A DNA stretch of 64,000 nucleotides from Lama glama (taxonomy: Eukaryota). The notes below the pieces were generated by a model. That model was not told the DNA's origin, made no database searches, and saw only the letters and a program-made list of their open reading frames with translations. This document shows, piece after piece, positions 37,702-52,100 of the stretch (position 1 is its first letter; every line of letters starts with the position of its first letter). The DNA is taken from assembly GCA_028534125.1 (NCBI GenBank), contig CM052816.1, forward strand, positions 83,950,001 through 84,014,000, given 5' to 3'. A program made the translations under genes and the position numbers.

Positions 37702-38835
37702 CACTAAACTGTATTTTCAGCTGCAACATAACCTTATCTTTTAGAATAGATAAAGTCAGAATTTCCTTCTGAGTTAATAGCATATTTTCTAATCAAATTA
37801 CAAACAGTAATTTCTTTGATCCCTGGATTGACAGAATTCTCTCTTCAGTTAATATTGCATCTGGTATGATTTTTTCCTCTTAGTATTAACTCTTGAAGCC
37901 CAATTCTTATATTTTAATCAAGTTGACTAGCCCATATATCATTGCTTAATAAATTTACCTCTCATTTTATCTTTTGCACACTAAGAATTCTACCTACTTC
38001 TACAGTCTCAACCATCTCATTTTGGGGGTCCCTTCATAAACCTTAAGGCTATTTGAAGTCCAGAAGCAGGATATGTTTCTAACATACCTTGCATATTATA
38101 CACTTTTACAATTCATCTAAATGAATTATCGAATCCATGTCTTTCTGATGCAGTAGCTTCAATAAAGGTACAGAGGGTACTTGTCTTATTTAAAATCCCT
38201 AAGCATTTAGAAACCTGTAGTCAAATTTAGGCAAATCATTGACTGATACATTGTAATGGGTCTTCCCAGAGTACCATGAATTTGTGGCTCAGAAGTGTAA
38301 TGCTTGTTACGTCCACATACAAATGAATATTTCAACTAAAAATACTCTTTTTGAGGTAAGGCCTCCTTTTATTCTTATTTTGACATCATGGCAAGGAGTT
38401 TCTGGCTTTCTGATTTTTGCTTGTGTTTTGTGCTCTTGAAAAGCAGGAACAAATTAGAGAATATTTGTCAAATTTTGTGCCTGCTTCTCAGCAGTACTTC
38501 AGGTGCTTAAAGTGGAAGAGAGGAGAAACCTCCACGGGAATAAAATCAGTGACTTCTCGCGTTTACTACTTCTAGCAACAGTGAAATCAATTGTATCTAA
38601 AAGGTAAAACAGCATGTTAATGGCACCTTTTTTTTCAGGACTGTCAACTAAGTAAGTGGTCAATTTTCACTTTCTAAAGCATTGTATTAACCCATTCTAG
38701 ATCTAACTTCTTAGAATGCACAGTCCAAACAACCACTGTTATTATTTATTGAAGACTTATTCCATGTGTTGTTAGAAGCAATTTTCATGAATTATTTCAT
38801 TCCAAAGGCCCAACAAAAACTATGCAATAGATTGT

Positions 38836-39058
38836 AAATCAATAAATATTTACTGAACACCTGCTATGGGTAGTAAATGCTCTAGTCTATGGGTCAATAG
38901 CAAACAATAATTTGGACATAAAATCTCATGCTCTGTTGGAGTTTGCATTTTAGCATGGCAAATGGGCAGTAACAAAATAAATTAATTAATTGCATGTGTA
39001 TTAGACACTGGTAAAGGCTGTAGAGAAGCCAAGCTGGCAATGGGTTTCAGGGAGTGGT
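38836..39058 (-). mobile_element. L2 3' end
   Basis: 'tcaataaatatttactgaacacctgctatg'. Confidence 0.7.
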
Positions 39059-39060
39059 TT

Positions 39061-39470
39061 TGATATAGAGTCTCTCCTTGACCAAACTCTATTCAGGATG
39101 ACATGAACGCTCTTCTCAGATAAATCCTGGCTTTTGGACTTCCAAGTTCATCTCTGTATTGCCCAATTTTAGCAAAAATCCTGCTAAGTCAGTTTAGCAA
39201 GAATCTTTGATATCTAATCTGGTTCCTCAACTTCCACCGTTCCCAGGGGTGATGTCTGATCACTCGGGCCTGCCTTCAAACAGAAGCCTGTTAGGTAGGT
39301 TTAGCCAGAGTCCCTCCTCACCTCTGAAGTTCCCTCTTGGTCATTTTCCACCCTTCTCCTTGGTTATAAATTCCCACTTTTCCTTGGTGTGTATGGAGTT
39401 GAGCCCAATCTTCTCACCAACTACTCCTCCCTTGGGGAGAATAGTGGAAATATCCTATACCGTATGCAAA
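39061..39470 (+). mobile_element. MER31-like ERV1 LTR
   Basis: 'tctctccttgaccaaact', 'gcccaattttagcaaaaatcctgctaagtcagtttagc', 'ttggttataaattcccactt', 'ggagttgagcccaatct' match the recalled MER31A/B consensus. Confidence 0.8.
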
Positions 39471-39869
39471 TATAAGAAATAGAGAATAGGTATTGCCATG
39501 TTAATCACACATTTGCTTTCTTAAACCTTTATTTACAATGTATTTTCATGAGGAGATTTTCTTTAATTTTTTGTATGCCAATCACCATTACAGTACTGTC
39601 TGCTACAGTTATGTTTTATTGTTTTATCTTAAAAAGCCCTTCACAACCTTGAGTCTGATCAAGATTCTGCTACAATTCTTTCTAAAACTTGCACTATTTA
39701 TTTTTCATGTTATAGTAGAAATACACACACAGTGTATTTTGAGGTCATTTTGTCTAAGTTCATTAGTTGGGAATGTAAGGACAGAAAATGTTACTGAAGG
39801 CAATAAGAAGCTAAATATTAAGTAACAGTCACAGTCTTGCAGCTCTGCCTTTACATTCATTGAATAGAA

Positions 39870-40075
39870 GCCCTTAACTAGGGCCCTACACTGAAGTGCA
39901 CCAGAATGTAAAAGATAGTTTTACACCAAATTTTTCCATTTTCCTTTTAGGTATGTATAATTGTCAAGTTCAGAGGATAGAACATGTTTTATTTAACAGT
40001 TTGCTATCTTGACTTTTATTTTTAAATATCTGTATGTATGGTATGTGAACCTGCAATTGTTTTCTTAGGTGTCAT
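39870..40075. mobile_element. hAT-Tip100 (MER115/Zaphod-like) fragment
   Basis: 'atgttttatttaacagtttgctatcttgac...tttaaatat...tatggtatgtgaacct'. Confidence 0.5.
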
Positions 40076-40897
40076 GATTGTTCAGAGCAAGTGTATTTCT
40101 CTGCGGAGCAAACAAAAGCAAAGGATATAAATATATATATATGTTTATTTTTATAGTATGATATAAAAAGTGATAGAGCTACATTAAAAACACCTGAGAT
40201 AAAGTGAACAGTATAAATCAGAAACTAACTTCACAGATAAATATTAGGTGGTAGAGTCACAGACAATCAGTTGGAGTGTTTTACAAAATAAGTTGTTTCT
40301 ATCCAGGAGGTGCATTATATGAGCTACCCTCCTTTCACATTAAAATATTTAGGATTATCATTATACACCTAATGAAATCATTTTGAATTATCTCTATGAA
40401 GTAATTACAAGGATCTTCCAGGTATGTATGTGTGAGGAAAATGATCTAAGTATCAAAAGAGAGTGTCTAAACCTCAAATCAAAAGCTATAGGAAATAAAA
40501 CTTCCTTAATTGGTGTTTGGATATTACCTTGGAAGAATTTTAACACTAAACAATTCATATGTGATTACTAATGAATGGAAAGAATGGGTATATTTATGTT
40601 GTGGGAAGACTGTTCTAAATCACTATATTTCATAATTATTTAAAAAATCAAAATTAGTAATGTACTGTCTTTTTAAACTTTTTAAAATCTATTTTTGTAT
40701 ATAGTGGCTAACATTTGTAAATCTCAAACTCCCAAATTTATCCCTTCCTATAACATAGTGTTTTTAATCAAGCAGAGGACAAATTTTTGTTTTTGAAATT
40801 CAGATACTGTTAAAAATAAAATATCAATATAAAAAATAACTATTGTAGCAAACTTTAGGGAATTTTCCCATATTTGTACATATCTGTAGAATATCCG

Positions 40898-40918
40898 TGT
40901 GTGTGTGTGTGTGTGTGT
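40898..40918. repeat. (GT)n microsatellite
   Basis: Seen directly. Confidence 0.9.
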
Positions 40919-43283
40919 TTGTAATTAAGCCTTAGGACAAAGGTAGAGGATAATGATGAATAAAAAGTTGAGCCTTTTAGTCAAAAATGTTATTCTTAAG
41001 GAGTGTGATTCTCACTCCACTATTAGTATTTGTTTCAACTTATAGGACCAACCTGATTAGGCCAAGACTAACTTGGCAATAACGACCAGAACAACAGACT
41101 GCTCTCTATGATCAGGCTACTGAGTATTACATAGTGCATTTTCGGTCTTTCATAGACTTAATCACGGCCAGATTGTCCTACAATTTTCTAAACCTAATAC
41201 TTAACTACTTCCCAGAACGATCCCAACACCTGTATATGGGATCGTATCCTCATGTCTACTGACTATTAATGTAAGAGCTGTAGCTACGACATTGTTCAGA
41301 GAGCAAGGCTTACTATTATCTCCAAGTGCTTTTTCAGATATAAGTTGCTCAAAGTTGTCTGTACTAAATAAAATAAATGTAGAAGTGTAATAAAATAAGC
41401 AATACTATCACATGTGATTTTTTTCCTGATAGATATGACCTGAATTTAAAATGTACTTAAATAAATTTTTAAAAGTGAATCATAAATACTGGTATTAGAT
41501 AAGATGAGCTACTTAGTTTTCAGTATAATTAATAAACTTTCGAAAATCATTAGTCATTCATTCTTTAAATGTTGCATTCCTGAAAATGGGCAAAAAGATT
41601 ATCCACTCACCCAATTAAACACAAGTCAAATAAATTAAATTTTTTTTTGAATTTCTTGAGCTTCATTACTTACATGTCTGAAGCTTGGCTAGATTTTGAC
41701 TGGGTCACTGAAGCGTCATCACTTAGCAGTCATGCTAGTGCACCATACCTTTCATTCCACTCTGAATTAATTTTCTATGGAAACAGAAAGATAAATATAA
41801 GACCATAGTAGGTCATGGAATTCATGATCTATACATCTCTTATTTTCTGAGGAAAAAATATTTAGACTAATTTGTCTTCAAATGAACTATGTAAATCATA
41901 TAAGTTAGCTGGGAAATGCTTTTTAAATGAAACTAGGGAATGTAGCCTACGAAGATTTCTCTGAAAAATGAGATGATGAAAATAGAGTGGAGAGGTGATG
42001 GAAGATAGTTCAAGAACACAGCAAGGAGCAAGCACAACACTGAGGAGAGGGGTAAGAGCCAGCAAGCCCAGCGTTGCACGAGGACTGTGTGATTCCTGAG
42101 CTGCCAAGAAGGTTGGGCTCCATGATTTAACGTCATGAGTGAAAATGCTGGTCATAGTTGTAAAATTATCAAATGACACTTACCTGTAAAGCACCATATA
42201 TGTCTTCTTTCCAAAAACGTAAGCATTTTAGAATTATAAAATAATTGTTGCTTATAAACAGTCCAACTAATGAGAGACTTTAAAGTATCCAGGGATTCAT
42301 TTTAATTCACAATTCTTTGAGAAGTCATTTGAGAACCGAATTGCTTCTAATTATTTTGAACTTTCTTTTCCAGTCACAAAGGATTTCCTGTAAAATTATT
42401 TTCAAACCATCTCTGAAACAAAGCAGCCCAAACACTTTTGGCTCTGGTGTAGTATTTCATTAACGTGTAAGCATTTCAATTACTAGATAACAAGGCTTCA
42501 CCTTCTAGGAGATTGACTGCATACAAAATGATTGATTGATTTAAACGGTACTTATAGTTATACAGTAAAAAGTTACATTAAAAATCCATCTTTCAGAAGA
42601 GAAGACTGATTTCTCAATCATTGGGGGAATTCTTCACTTCTTCCCAGAGGCTGTTGCCCATATTCCTTTCAAATGAATGGGAATTTAAGAGAGATGTGCA
42701 ATTGTCTCATGAGCAAATAATAATTGAAAATAGAAAATACACAGAATTTAAAAACAGTAAAAATCTTCACACAAAACTTACCAAATTCAACCAAGTATAT
42801 ATTTAAAGCTCAAATAGCTAAATGGTGTCATCCATTCAAATTTGGTGATTTATATTAAAGTGGGTTATAATATTAAATTCAGATTATTTAAAATTTTTAT
42901 CATTAATAAAACTAGGTATTATAAAAATAAAATAGTGACTGTAACGACTGTGATTTTTGTAGATATAACTTTTTAAAATGACAATAATGTTACAAATAAA
43001 TATATATCAGTAATAAAAGAATTTATGACTCTCAAAAGTGTATCCACTATAGTTTGAAAAAGTAGTTAAAAAAACTCTCAACAAATTTTTAAAAGGCTTT
43101 TTGAATTAGTCCGATACAGCAGCACAGCTGGTAATCATTTATAACACCGCACTTAGTTGACTTTTTCCATTCCCACTTTTAGAAATAAAGATTGGAAAGA
43201 AAATGGAAAGAAACCATAGAACTTTGATATTTTAAAAAACTTCCTCAACAAGATTACTTATTTGATCTTTACAAATTTCTGGC

Positions 43284-43686
43284 TGTTATGGACTGGACTG
43301 AAATGAGTCCCCCTAAAATCGTATGTTGAAGCCCTGGCAACCAGTGAGTCTGTATTTGGTGATAGGGCCTTTAAGGAGTCATTATCATAAAATCAGGTCA
43401 TAAGGGTGGGATTCTAATCCAATAGGACTCTTCTCCTTAAGAGAAGAGACATCAGATCTCCCTCTGTCTCAAGTCACGCACAATAGACAGAAAAGACAGC
43501 CCAGACTCATACGATGATACAGTGGAAAGATGGCTACCTGCAAACCACAAGAGAGAGGTCTCGCCAGACACCAGCCCTACTGGAATCTTGATCTTGGACT
43601 TCTACTCTCCAAGTGTGAGGAAATAAATGTTGTTTAAGCTAAACTGTCTGTGGCATTTTATTACAGCAGTCCTAGCAAACAAATAG
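43284..43686 (+). mobile_element. Near full-length MLT1A0/MLT1B solo LTR
   Basis: tgttatggactg...'gtatgttgaagccct', 'gtatttggtgatagggcctttaaggag', 'cttgatcttggacttct', 'gcagtcctagcaaacaaata'. Confidence 0.88.
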
Positions 43687-45549
43687 TTTCGCCTAAAAGT
43701 AAGTTCCCTCCACTTATCTATTGAGGAAAGGTTAAATACGTTTACAGAAAGTTTGGTTACACAGACTTTACATTTGTCAGATAAGTAACCTTTGTTTTAA
43801 ACTACTTACTGAATAACAGAGAATCCTCTTATAAGTGTGAAACATTGGTGGTGCTTTTTTCAAGTGAAAGAAATATGGTGATTTTATAATTAAAACATAC
43901 TGCCGGTTTTGATCAGACATGGTTTCTCTGTAACTCTTTGTATGAGTCCAGTTCAGTTCTGCTCTGTTTACACTAGCTTAATCTTTCAAAGGTTTAGAAC
44001 TACACTTGCATTCAAAACCACTTAATAATTTAGTGTATTTGGGCAATTCTAATTATATATTAAAATTTAAAGTATGTATTACCTTCTCCTATACTTCAGA
44101 CTATTTCCTTTTGCTCGTTAGTAATTGTAAGTGTTTGAAAAGGAAATTACAAGCTGTTATTTCAGTGCGTGGCTGTATTTCCCCAGATGTTTCAAAAGTT
44201 GTTCCCCAGTTTATGTTCCGTCACTTCTTTTTATCATGCATCCCACTGGCAGATTATTATTGTAGAATATAATGTTAAGAATGCATTTTAATCAAGAAAC
44301 AACTGTGCATTTTTACTGTATTTTGGAGAAAACATAGATTCCTCACCCACATGTATAACTTGTGTGAATGAGTCTATTGTTATCCTCACATATCCCCGCA
44401 TTGTTGCTATCATACATTTTCCATCAGCACGTTGATAACAATATTTGTCATTCATTAGACTTATTTCTGTCTCTTAGCAATTGCTTCCACCATTCGCAAA
44501 ACCACAATCTATTGGTCTGAAAAGCCACCTCTCCTGTGAATTCAATTGTGAAAATTCTAGCTCATTTTGGAAACTATTTTTCCTGTTCTTGAATAATGTT
44601 TAGAATCTGTAACACATAGTTTAATGCTTAATTATATTCAGGCACATAGTTATGCATGTATGCTAACAGCCATAAGAATACCAATGCTGATAATGTTTCC
44701 TGATGGATATGAAATATATAAAGTGTAAGTAAAATATTTCTTTCTCTTAGTTTGGAATGCTGGATATGTATAACATTACACATAAATATATATAACTTAT
44801 ATATTATTATATATTTATATAAATATTGTATATTTATACTTCATGGGTTTCATATATATCAAAAGGCAAGCTTGACATTAAACGTGATTATTTAAATGTG
44901 ATACCTCTTGCCAAGTATATATTAGGTATTATACCAAATATGATTTCAGGACATAAAACTCAAAAATTACATTTAGTCATAAAATATAAAATATAAAGGT
45001 CACAATACATTTCAATATCAAGCATAAAATTGTTGATTTAATTTTTACATGATCATCTTATCTGATTTTTATTAGTGCATAAAATTTAAAGTTTTCTATG
45101 TTTTGTTATATTGGTTTGCGTTGCTTAGTGAAACAGCACCATAGCAACTACCTATCTATCTATGCTCTTTTTAAGGTTCATTTCTGATATTCTTGTACTG
45201 ACTATGAAATTTCTCCTCTGTGTTCCCCTTGCCTTTAGCTACTTCACACTGCCTGGCCTTTCATGTGTCAATTTTCTGTTGGTCTGTATTCAAAAATTAG
45301 GGCTGGATGTAAACCTGCCAGGTTTACATCCCAGGAAATCTGTTGGATTTTTAAGAGAGTAAATGGGAGTTCTTTCAGGCAAATATTGTATAGAATATAG
45401 CATATATTCAATACATCCTTCAAAAAGTCAATGCAGGTAATTCTAACAATGAGGCATAATAGACACTTTTAAGGAGACAAATATATAAAACGAAAGAAAA
45501 TATGTCAGTTTGTAACAGATAGAAAGATTCCAGACTTGTAGGGCCTTCA

Positions 45550-45995
45550 GCCCAAATTTCTCCCCAGAATTCCAGGTTCCTACATTCCATCCCAAACCCA
45601 CTTAAATGTTAAACAAACAAACGAAAACAAAACTTCTCAAAGTTACTATTTTCACCAAACCTATTTCTTTCACAGCTTTCTGTTTCTCAGAAGAGAACAA
45701 CTTCCTCGTTCTCATTGTTCAGGCCAGAACACTTGGACGCATATTTGGCTTCAAAACCTCACATGCAATTTATTAGGAAATCCCATTGGCTACTCTTTCA
45801 AAATGTGTCTAAAATATGAAATGGAAATTGTCCATTTCCAATGTTATTAACCTGGTCTGAGTCTTAGCCACCTTTCACCAGGATTGTTTCAGTATCAGCT
45901 GATCCTGCCGTTTTCACTTAGTTCACACCATCCTCACCACCAGCCCATCTAAACACACGTGCCAGAGTAATCCTTTTAAGATGTAAGTCAACTTC
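45550..45995 (+). mobile_element. L2 fragment
   Basis: 'ttgttcaggccagaacacttgga', 'gccagagtaatccttttaagatgtaagtca'. Confidence 0.7.
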
Positions 45996-46639
45996 ATGCA
46001 GTTCTAGTAAATACAGCATGTACTTCCCTCACATCAGTTGACTTTAAAGTTTCTTTGGAAAAATAAACATGAAATAATAGAAAATCTGAAAACTGAGCTA
46101 TGAAGTTACCATAGATTTGTCAGACAGAAAAACCTACTACAGACTGTTCTAATGGCTGTAAACCCAAGACCAGTACAGACAGTCCATAAACACTCTCAAG
46201 TACAGGGGGACATTTTCATATGTCAGTAAGATGGGATCTCAAATAGCTGAGGAAAAGGCAGACCTCACTAAATGATGTTGGCAAAACTGAATTAGTCATT
46301 TTGCTAAAGAAAAATTGACAGAATCAAAAGTATAAAACACACATGTGCTAGAATAAACATCAAATGAATGCTACCTAAACGTAACAAATGAAATTGTACA
46401 AGCAACAAAAGAAACAATGTGTAGATACCCTTTAATCTGGGTGTGGGAGAAGACTTTTTAAACTATAAATAAAAAATATAGATGCAATAGAAGATCAATA
46501 CATTCAGCTATGCAAAACAATTGCATGGGAAAAATAAGTAAAATACTACTTATGAAAAAGTAAATGGCAAACTGGAACATATATCTGCAATAAATATACT
46601 AGAAAAAGGGCCAATCTCATAAATCTATAAATATTTTAA

Positions 46640-47210
46640 ATATTTTAAAATCACTTTAGTGAGGTACAAATTATATACAAAAGCTATAGATATTTATGTA
46701 TATGACTTGATATATTTGTATACATCCATGAAATCATCACCATAATCTTTGTTCTAAATATTTCCATCACCTTCCAATCTTCTTCCTACTCTGTTTATTA
46801 CTATTTTTAGCATGACATTAACACTTAAAATCTACACTCTTCGCAAATTTTTAACTATACAATACAGTATTATTAACTATAGGCTCTATGCTGTACAGTA
46901 GGTCACCAAGACTTATCCATCTTGAAAACTGGAACTTTATATCCTGTGACTAATACCTTCCAGATTCTCCTTCCATTCCCCCCACCCTGACTCCAGTCCC
47001 CTCCACCCTTCCACTCTCTGCTACTCTGAGTTTGACTGTTCAAGATTCTTTTTCTAAATGCAATCTCACAGTATTTTACCTTTTGATGTCAGGTTATTTC
47101 ACTTGGCAAAATGTCCTCCAGGTTCATTCTTGGTGTTGCAGATACAGACTTTCCTCCCTTTTAAGGCTGAATAATATTCAGTGTATGTATATGCCATATT
47201 TTCCTGAATA
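46640..47210 (-). mobile_element. L1 (L1MA/MB-type) 3' UTR nested antisense in the older L1
   Basis: 'tatacaatacagtattattaactataggctctatgctgtacagtag', 'ttatttcacttggcaaaatgtcctccaggttcatt', 'tttaaggctgaataatattc'. Confidence 0.85.
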
Positions 47211-47294
47211 CTGAGAAAAAGATTACATACCTAATTGAAAAATGTGCAGGAGTTACAAACACATAGATACACCACATACATAAGATGTATAGCG

Positions 47295-47328
<34 letters not shown>
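47295..47328. repeat. (CA)n microsatellite
   Basis: Seen directly. Confidence 0.9.
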
Positions 47329-48769
47329 GGTTTATAAGTGGTTCTTGAAAATTTGAAAGAATGCTCAACACTCAAAATAAAAGAAATAAAAATTAAAAGT
47401 CTACTGAGATACCATTTCTCATCTCATTACAACAGAATTTAAGAGCCTGACAATATACTTCATTGCAAGCTATAGGGTAGCAGGTGCCCTCATGCATAGC
47501 TAGTGTGCTTGTAAACCTGTATAACTCCTATGTATAGAATATGACAACATATTTTAAAAACCCTACAGTTGCATTTACACTTTACATCTAGCAATTCTAG
47601 TTAAAGGAATTCACCTTGAATTTGTACCTCCCCAAACACAAATATATGCAAAAATATTCATTGTGGTGGTATTTGAAATAGTAAAATATTAGGAAAAAAA
47701 CCTACAAACTTACCCCAGGAGACTAGTTGAAAACTATGGTATATATAGCAATAGAAGATGATAAAGCTGTAAAGTAGAATGGAACTACTTTTATGATAAA
47801 GACAAATTGTTACCTTAGGAAAAAAGCAAGGTGCAATTAGGTAGGTAGATGATAAAAAGACAGACAAATCGATAGAACAAAATAATGCTACATATTGTTA
47901 AGGAAATACGCCGTATGAGTATATATGTGTGTCCCTTTTGGAAAACAAAAAAGGAAAAAGAAACGCAGACCATAAACAAAACTAATTAGATCACTGACAG
48001 AAACAGCAATGGCATAGCAGTGATACAGAATGGAGTAAGACTCTGAGATTTGAATTCTTAATTATCCCCAAAGGTAAACAATATTATTAGATCTAAATTA
48101 TATCAAATAGGAGAGGGAATAAGTAAAGTTAAATACAAATAGAAAAAAAAATACACCAAATTGAAAGTATGCGGAGAATACATACATTCGTCCACACACA
48201 GAATTATTTCAAGGAACTTTGAACACCATATTTTGATGGTACTTCCTTTCTATAGCATAATCTTAAGACTAACAAAAAGAAGAGGAATCTTGAGACTCTT
48301 TTGGAGGTTTGTTAATAGTAGTGAAGCAATTTCAATACTGTTTTGTACCCATTATAAAAGGAAATAAAATACCTAGATGTTGTTAGTAACTCAGATGCTC
48401 TGTGTGAGAAAAGGGAGCTCTAAATACCAATAGGGGTATAGGGAGCAAAACGCTCCATGTTGGCGTTGGAAGCACTGGAACTGACAGTACAGTGAGGACG
48501 TGTGGATAGAAAGACAGATAGGTGGACACACAGACACCAGAAGGTCCAGAAGGAGAGGGACCAGCCTAATAATGAGCCTGACTGGATCTCAGTGCAGTCC
48601 AAGGTGTGGTAAACAGTCTGCAAACTTCTTTGATAAATAAGTGATCTCTGGTCTGGAGAAGGAAAAATACAAATCTAGCTCCAATAATTGTGTGTGTTAG
48701 AAATCAAGGATGTGCTCAAAAACTAATGGACACGTCTCCAAAAACACCCTATTAGATGCTCAGATTGTC

Positions 48770-49160
48770 TTTGTTCTGCCAGTGGGAGCACCCCCTGAGC
48801 TGGCCGCTGTCCCTCTTCTGGAACTCCTGCCTCAGGACCATCCTCTTAGCTCGTCATGCTGCTCTGCGGGCTCCTCCCCTCGTATCCCACCCGCTCACTT
48901 CCAGGCTTGGTTCCAATGCCCCCCTCAGAGGGGCTTAACCTAATCACCCTCTGTTTTTTTCCATTATCCTTATAATCTTCTAAAGTATTATGAAAATTCA
49001 TTAGTTGTCCTGACTTGTCTCCCTCTTAGAATAAATGACGATTAAAGCAGGTATTTTTTTGCCTGTTTTATTCATTGCTAGTCATTACTCACTAGACCTG
49101 GCCTAGTGCCTAGTACGTGGCCTAAAATACAGTCTCCAATAATACCTCTTTCTGAATAAG
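48770..49160 (+). mobile_element. L2 3' end
   Basis: 'gcctgttttattcattgct...cctagtgcctagtacgtggcct...caataata'. Confidence 0.65.
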
Positions 49161-52100
49161 CTTATGGACTCCTAAATCGACATTTTGTCTCTACATCATA
49201 GCCACTTCTTTAAATATGGTCATCTGCTTTACGGAAATAGAAAAGGCTGCATTTCAGAAAGCACGTCATCTGTGCACAGTTTGATAGTCCTAGTTATTTT
49301 TAATACATTTGCTTCTCTCATCACCTACTTCTCACAGGCAATCAAATTCTGTCAATCCCTCCCTCCAAATGTCTGTAAATGTGTCATTTTATTTACTTGC
49401 TAACTCCTGCCGCCTCAGTCCTGGAACTCATCATCTCACACCTGGATGACTGAAATAGCCTCTCTTCTGGCAACTGTACACAAATTATTTTCTGAGTCAT
49501 TCCTTCCTAAATGAGTGTTTAATTTCTCTGAATAACAACTTTCAAAATGTGACTTCCAAACTCAAAAATTATCAATGAGTCTCTAGCCACTTATGAGCTA
49601 ATACCTTCAGTTTAGCTTTCAAAGCTCTAAGGAATCTGTTTCTACTTATATTTAGCTCTTATGCCTGACTTACTCTGTATCTTCTACTTGGAAGGAATAT
49701 AGCATTTTATTTTATTTTATTTTATTTTACTAAGATTTTGTCTTCCAACTGATCAGAAGAAAAGCTAAAAGGAAATACTGTACAGGTAGACCCCAATTAT
49801 TGTAAGGGTCTAGAATTACTTTACAGAGTAGAAAGAATCTAAAACTTAAAAATAAAAAAAAATTTCCAAACTTATAAACCTAATTTATTGGGGAATATGA
49901 TCCAAACATTGTTAGGAATTAGGAAGAGCATTTCAAGGAAAGGATGAGAAGCTGTACGAAAATAAAGCATTAAGGGGATGACTCTCACCTCACGACACCA
50001 CTTAAGAAGCTGTAACAAGTATTCCCCAGCACCACCCATCTTGAGAAGAAAAGTGGAAGTGTTTATTCATAGGTACTCATTTCCAGCTGATCACAGATTC
50101 TCTCTGGGAGTAATGTACTTCCCTGCACATCTGGATTGCACTGACCCGAGGGAGGGTAGCATCCTATTGCACCAGCATGAAACTGATCGTGATCCCTGCA
50201 AAACTGGGTGCTGCAGATGGAGGGAAAAACCAGACAGGTGAGGCAGGGAATCCTAGTGGTGCCAAAGCTGCATCAATGCCATCCGCACCTGCACTGCTCA
50301 GACGTGCTCTGTGTGCCTCCCTCAAATCTAATCTCTATCTGAGGCAAATTAAAAGGTGTCACACCAGTGTCTTCAAAGACAGCACAAGAAGTTAGGAAAA
50401 CAAGTTATAATCTTTGCTGCTGTCACTTGTGCTGAGTCTCTCATTAATATACACCTCTGTCCTTTGTCATTTATTCTGTACTTTCCTCACACCCCGGTGA
50501 CACCATGGCTGGCTGGATTAATTGCCTTTTGATATAACCTAGAACTTAACCCCAGAGAGTGCTGAGGACACAGTTGCTTTTTCTTTTGAGGATGAAGTTG
50601 CTGTAACAGCTCTGATGTGTAACAGAGTTTCACACTCTGTCACTTGTGAGCAGAGAAGCATCAAAAAATGTAAAATAAATTCCACTGGTTTCAGATACTA
50701 CCTATTCTGTAAAAAATAAAATAAAATCTAAATCCTTATGTCATCTGGAGTCTGTAGGTAGAGTATCTTCCCTTTTTCACCCCGCCCTTTCTCATTCAGT
50801 AGGTTGAGGAGCCCAAAGTGAAAGTGATCAGGTGGAAGGCAGGGACTCAAGGTCAACAGAAACTGAACAGTGTTCCTCAGTACAAGACATCCAATCCTAC
50901 AAGACCTCAAATCTTGTAAATGCAAAGGCTGCAGTGAAAATAAGCTAGTTTTTGGCTCCTGAAACTGTTTTTAACAGCTACTGGAGTGACGGCACTATTT
51001 ACTGCCCGTTGGTTCAGCGTTCTGGAGGAGACAGAACCCTTGCAGGGTTCAGCCAAGCTGTTTGCACGTCATTTGAGCGTAGTGACAGCCTGGAGGTTTC
51101 TGGTGGTGACGTTGTGTGTAGTAACGTGGACTCTGCAGCCATGTATTCGCTGCAGCACTTCCTTTGATATTAGAGTTAAATATTTAGAGGCAAAGTTATG
51201 ATAAATAGCACAGAAATAGATCAAGGATTCTTTAATTCTTCAGATGGTGGTGTTTTTCAGAAACATCACAGTTGGGAAATGCAGACTCATATTAAACAGA
51301 TTCTGCCATTATGGCCACATGTTGATGGTCATGGTCATGTCTTTTGATTGTTGAGAATTTCTTTGAGGATGGATAGTTTCTGATGAGCGTTGACGTGAGA
51401 AACAAAATTCTCACATTTTTGGGTTCTCTGTGCATAACCATCCACATCACTGTTTCCTAAACTCAGTGTCCTTGAAGTTTCAAGGATTATTTCTAAGATA
51501 AAAGTGATTTACTGATGCCCAGATCACTCTACCCTGACAAAAGAAGAGACCACCAGTTCATATCTAAAACTAAACACACACACACACACCCCTGAACTCA
51601 TTGCTTACTGAAGTTTTGGAGAATTGTATTGCGAAAGCACAGTCTTTTTGAGCAGTTCACACTGCTATCTTACGTAGCGTTAGAAGGTATGAACTTCAGG
51701 GATCAGTGGTCTTTCCCAGGCAGAAGCAAGGTGATGTTAATTTTGGAGGCATAGATACTGGAGTGAGACTGTAAGTGACTGGTAGGTGCTGAGAACCCAT
51801 GTTCATAGGCATGATTACTTTCCTATTTGGATGACTTTCAAGAGCAAAGGGCTTTCGTTGCTTGGTAGTTATTCAGAAGCATGCTCACTGTGGCAAACAG
51901 TCATTGTTTTTTGTTTGTTTGTTCTGTTTTGTTGGGGAGAAACTATATAAACTGAATGTGGGTATGATGGAGACCACCATGTTACATTCTTGTAATCTTT
52001 GCTGGTGGTTCTAAACTCTCACTCCACTTTTCACCCCTTGGATGCAATTTTGATTCTGACTTTCTGTTTTGAATGTGAGTTAGGTCTATTTCATGGATTT

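Larger units (their letters stand above)
46040..48750 (+). mobile_element. Old L1 (L1MC-like) ORF2 3' part and long 3' UTR, interrupted by an antisense L1
   Basis: 'aaatgatgttggcaaaactg', 'ctactgagataccatttctcatct', 'ctagcaattctagtt', 'ggtctggagaaggaaaaatacaa', 'aatcaaggatgtgctcaaaaactaatgg'. Confidence 0.75.
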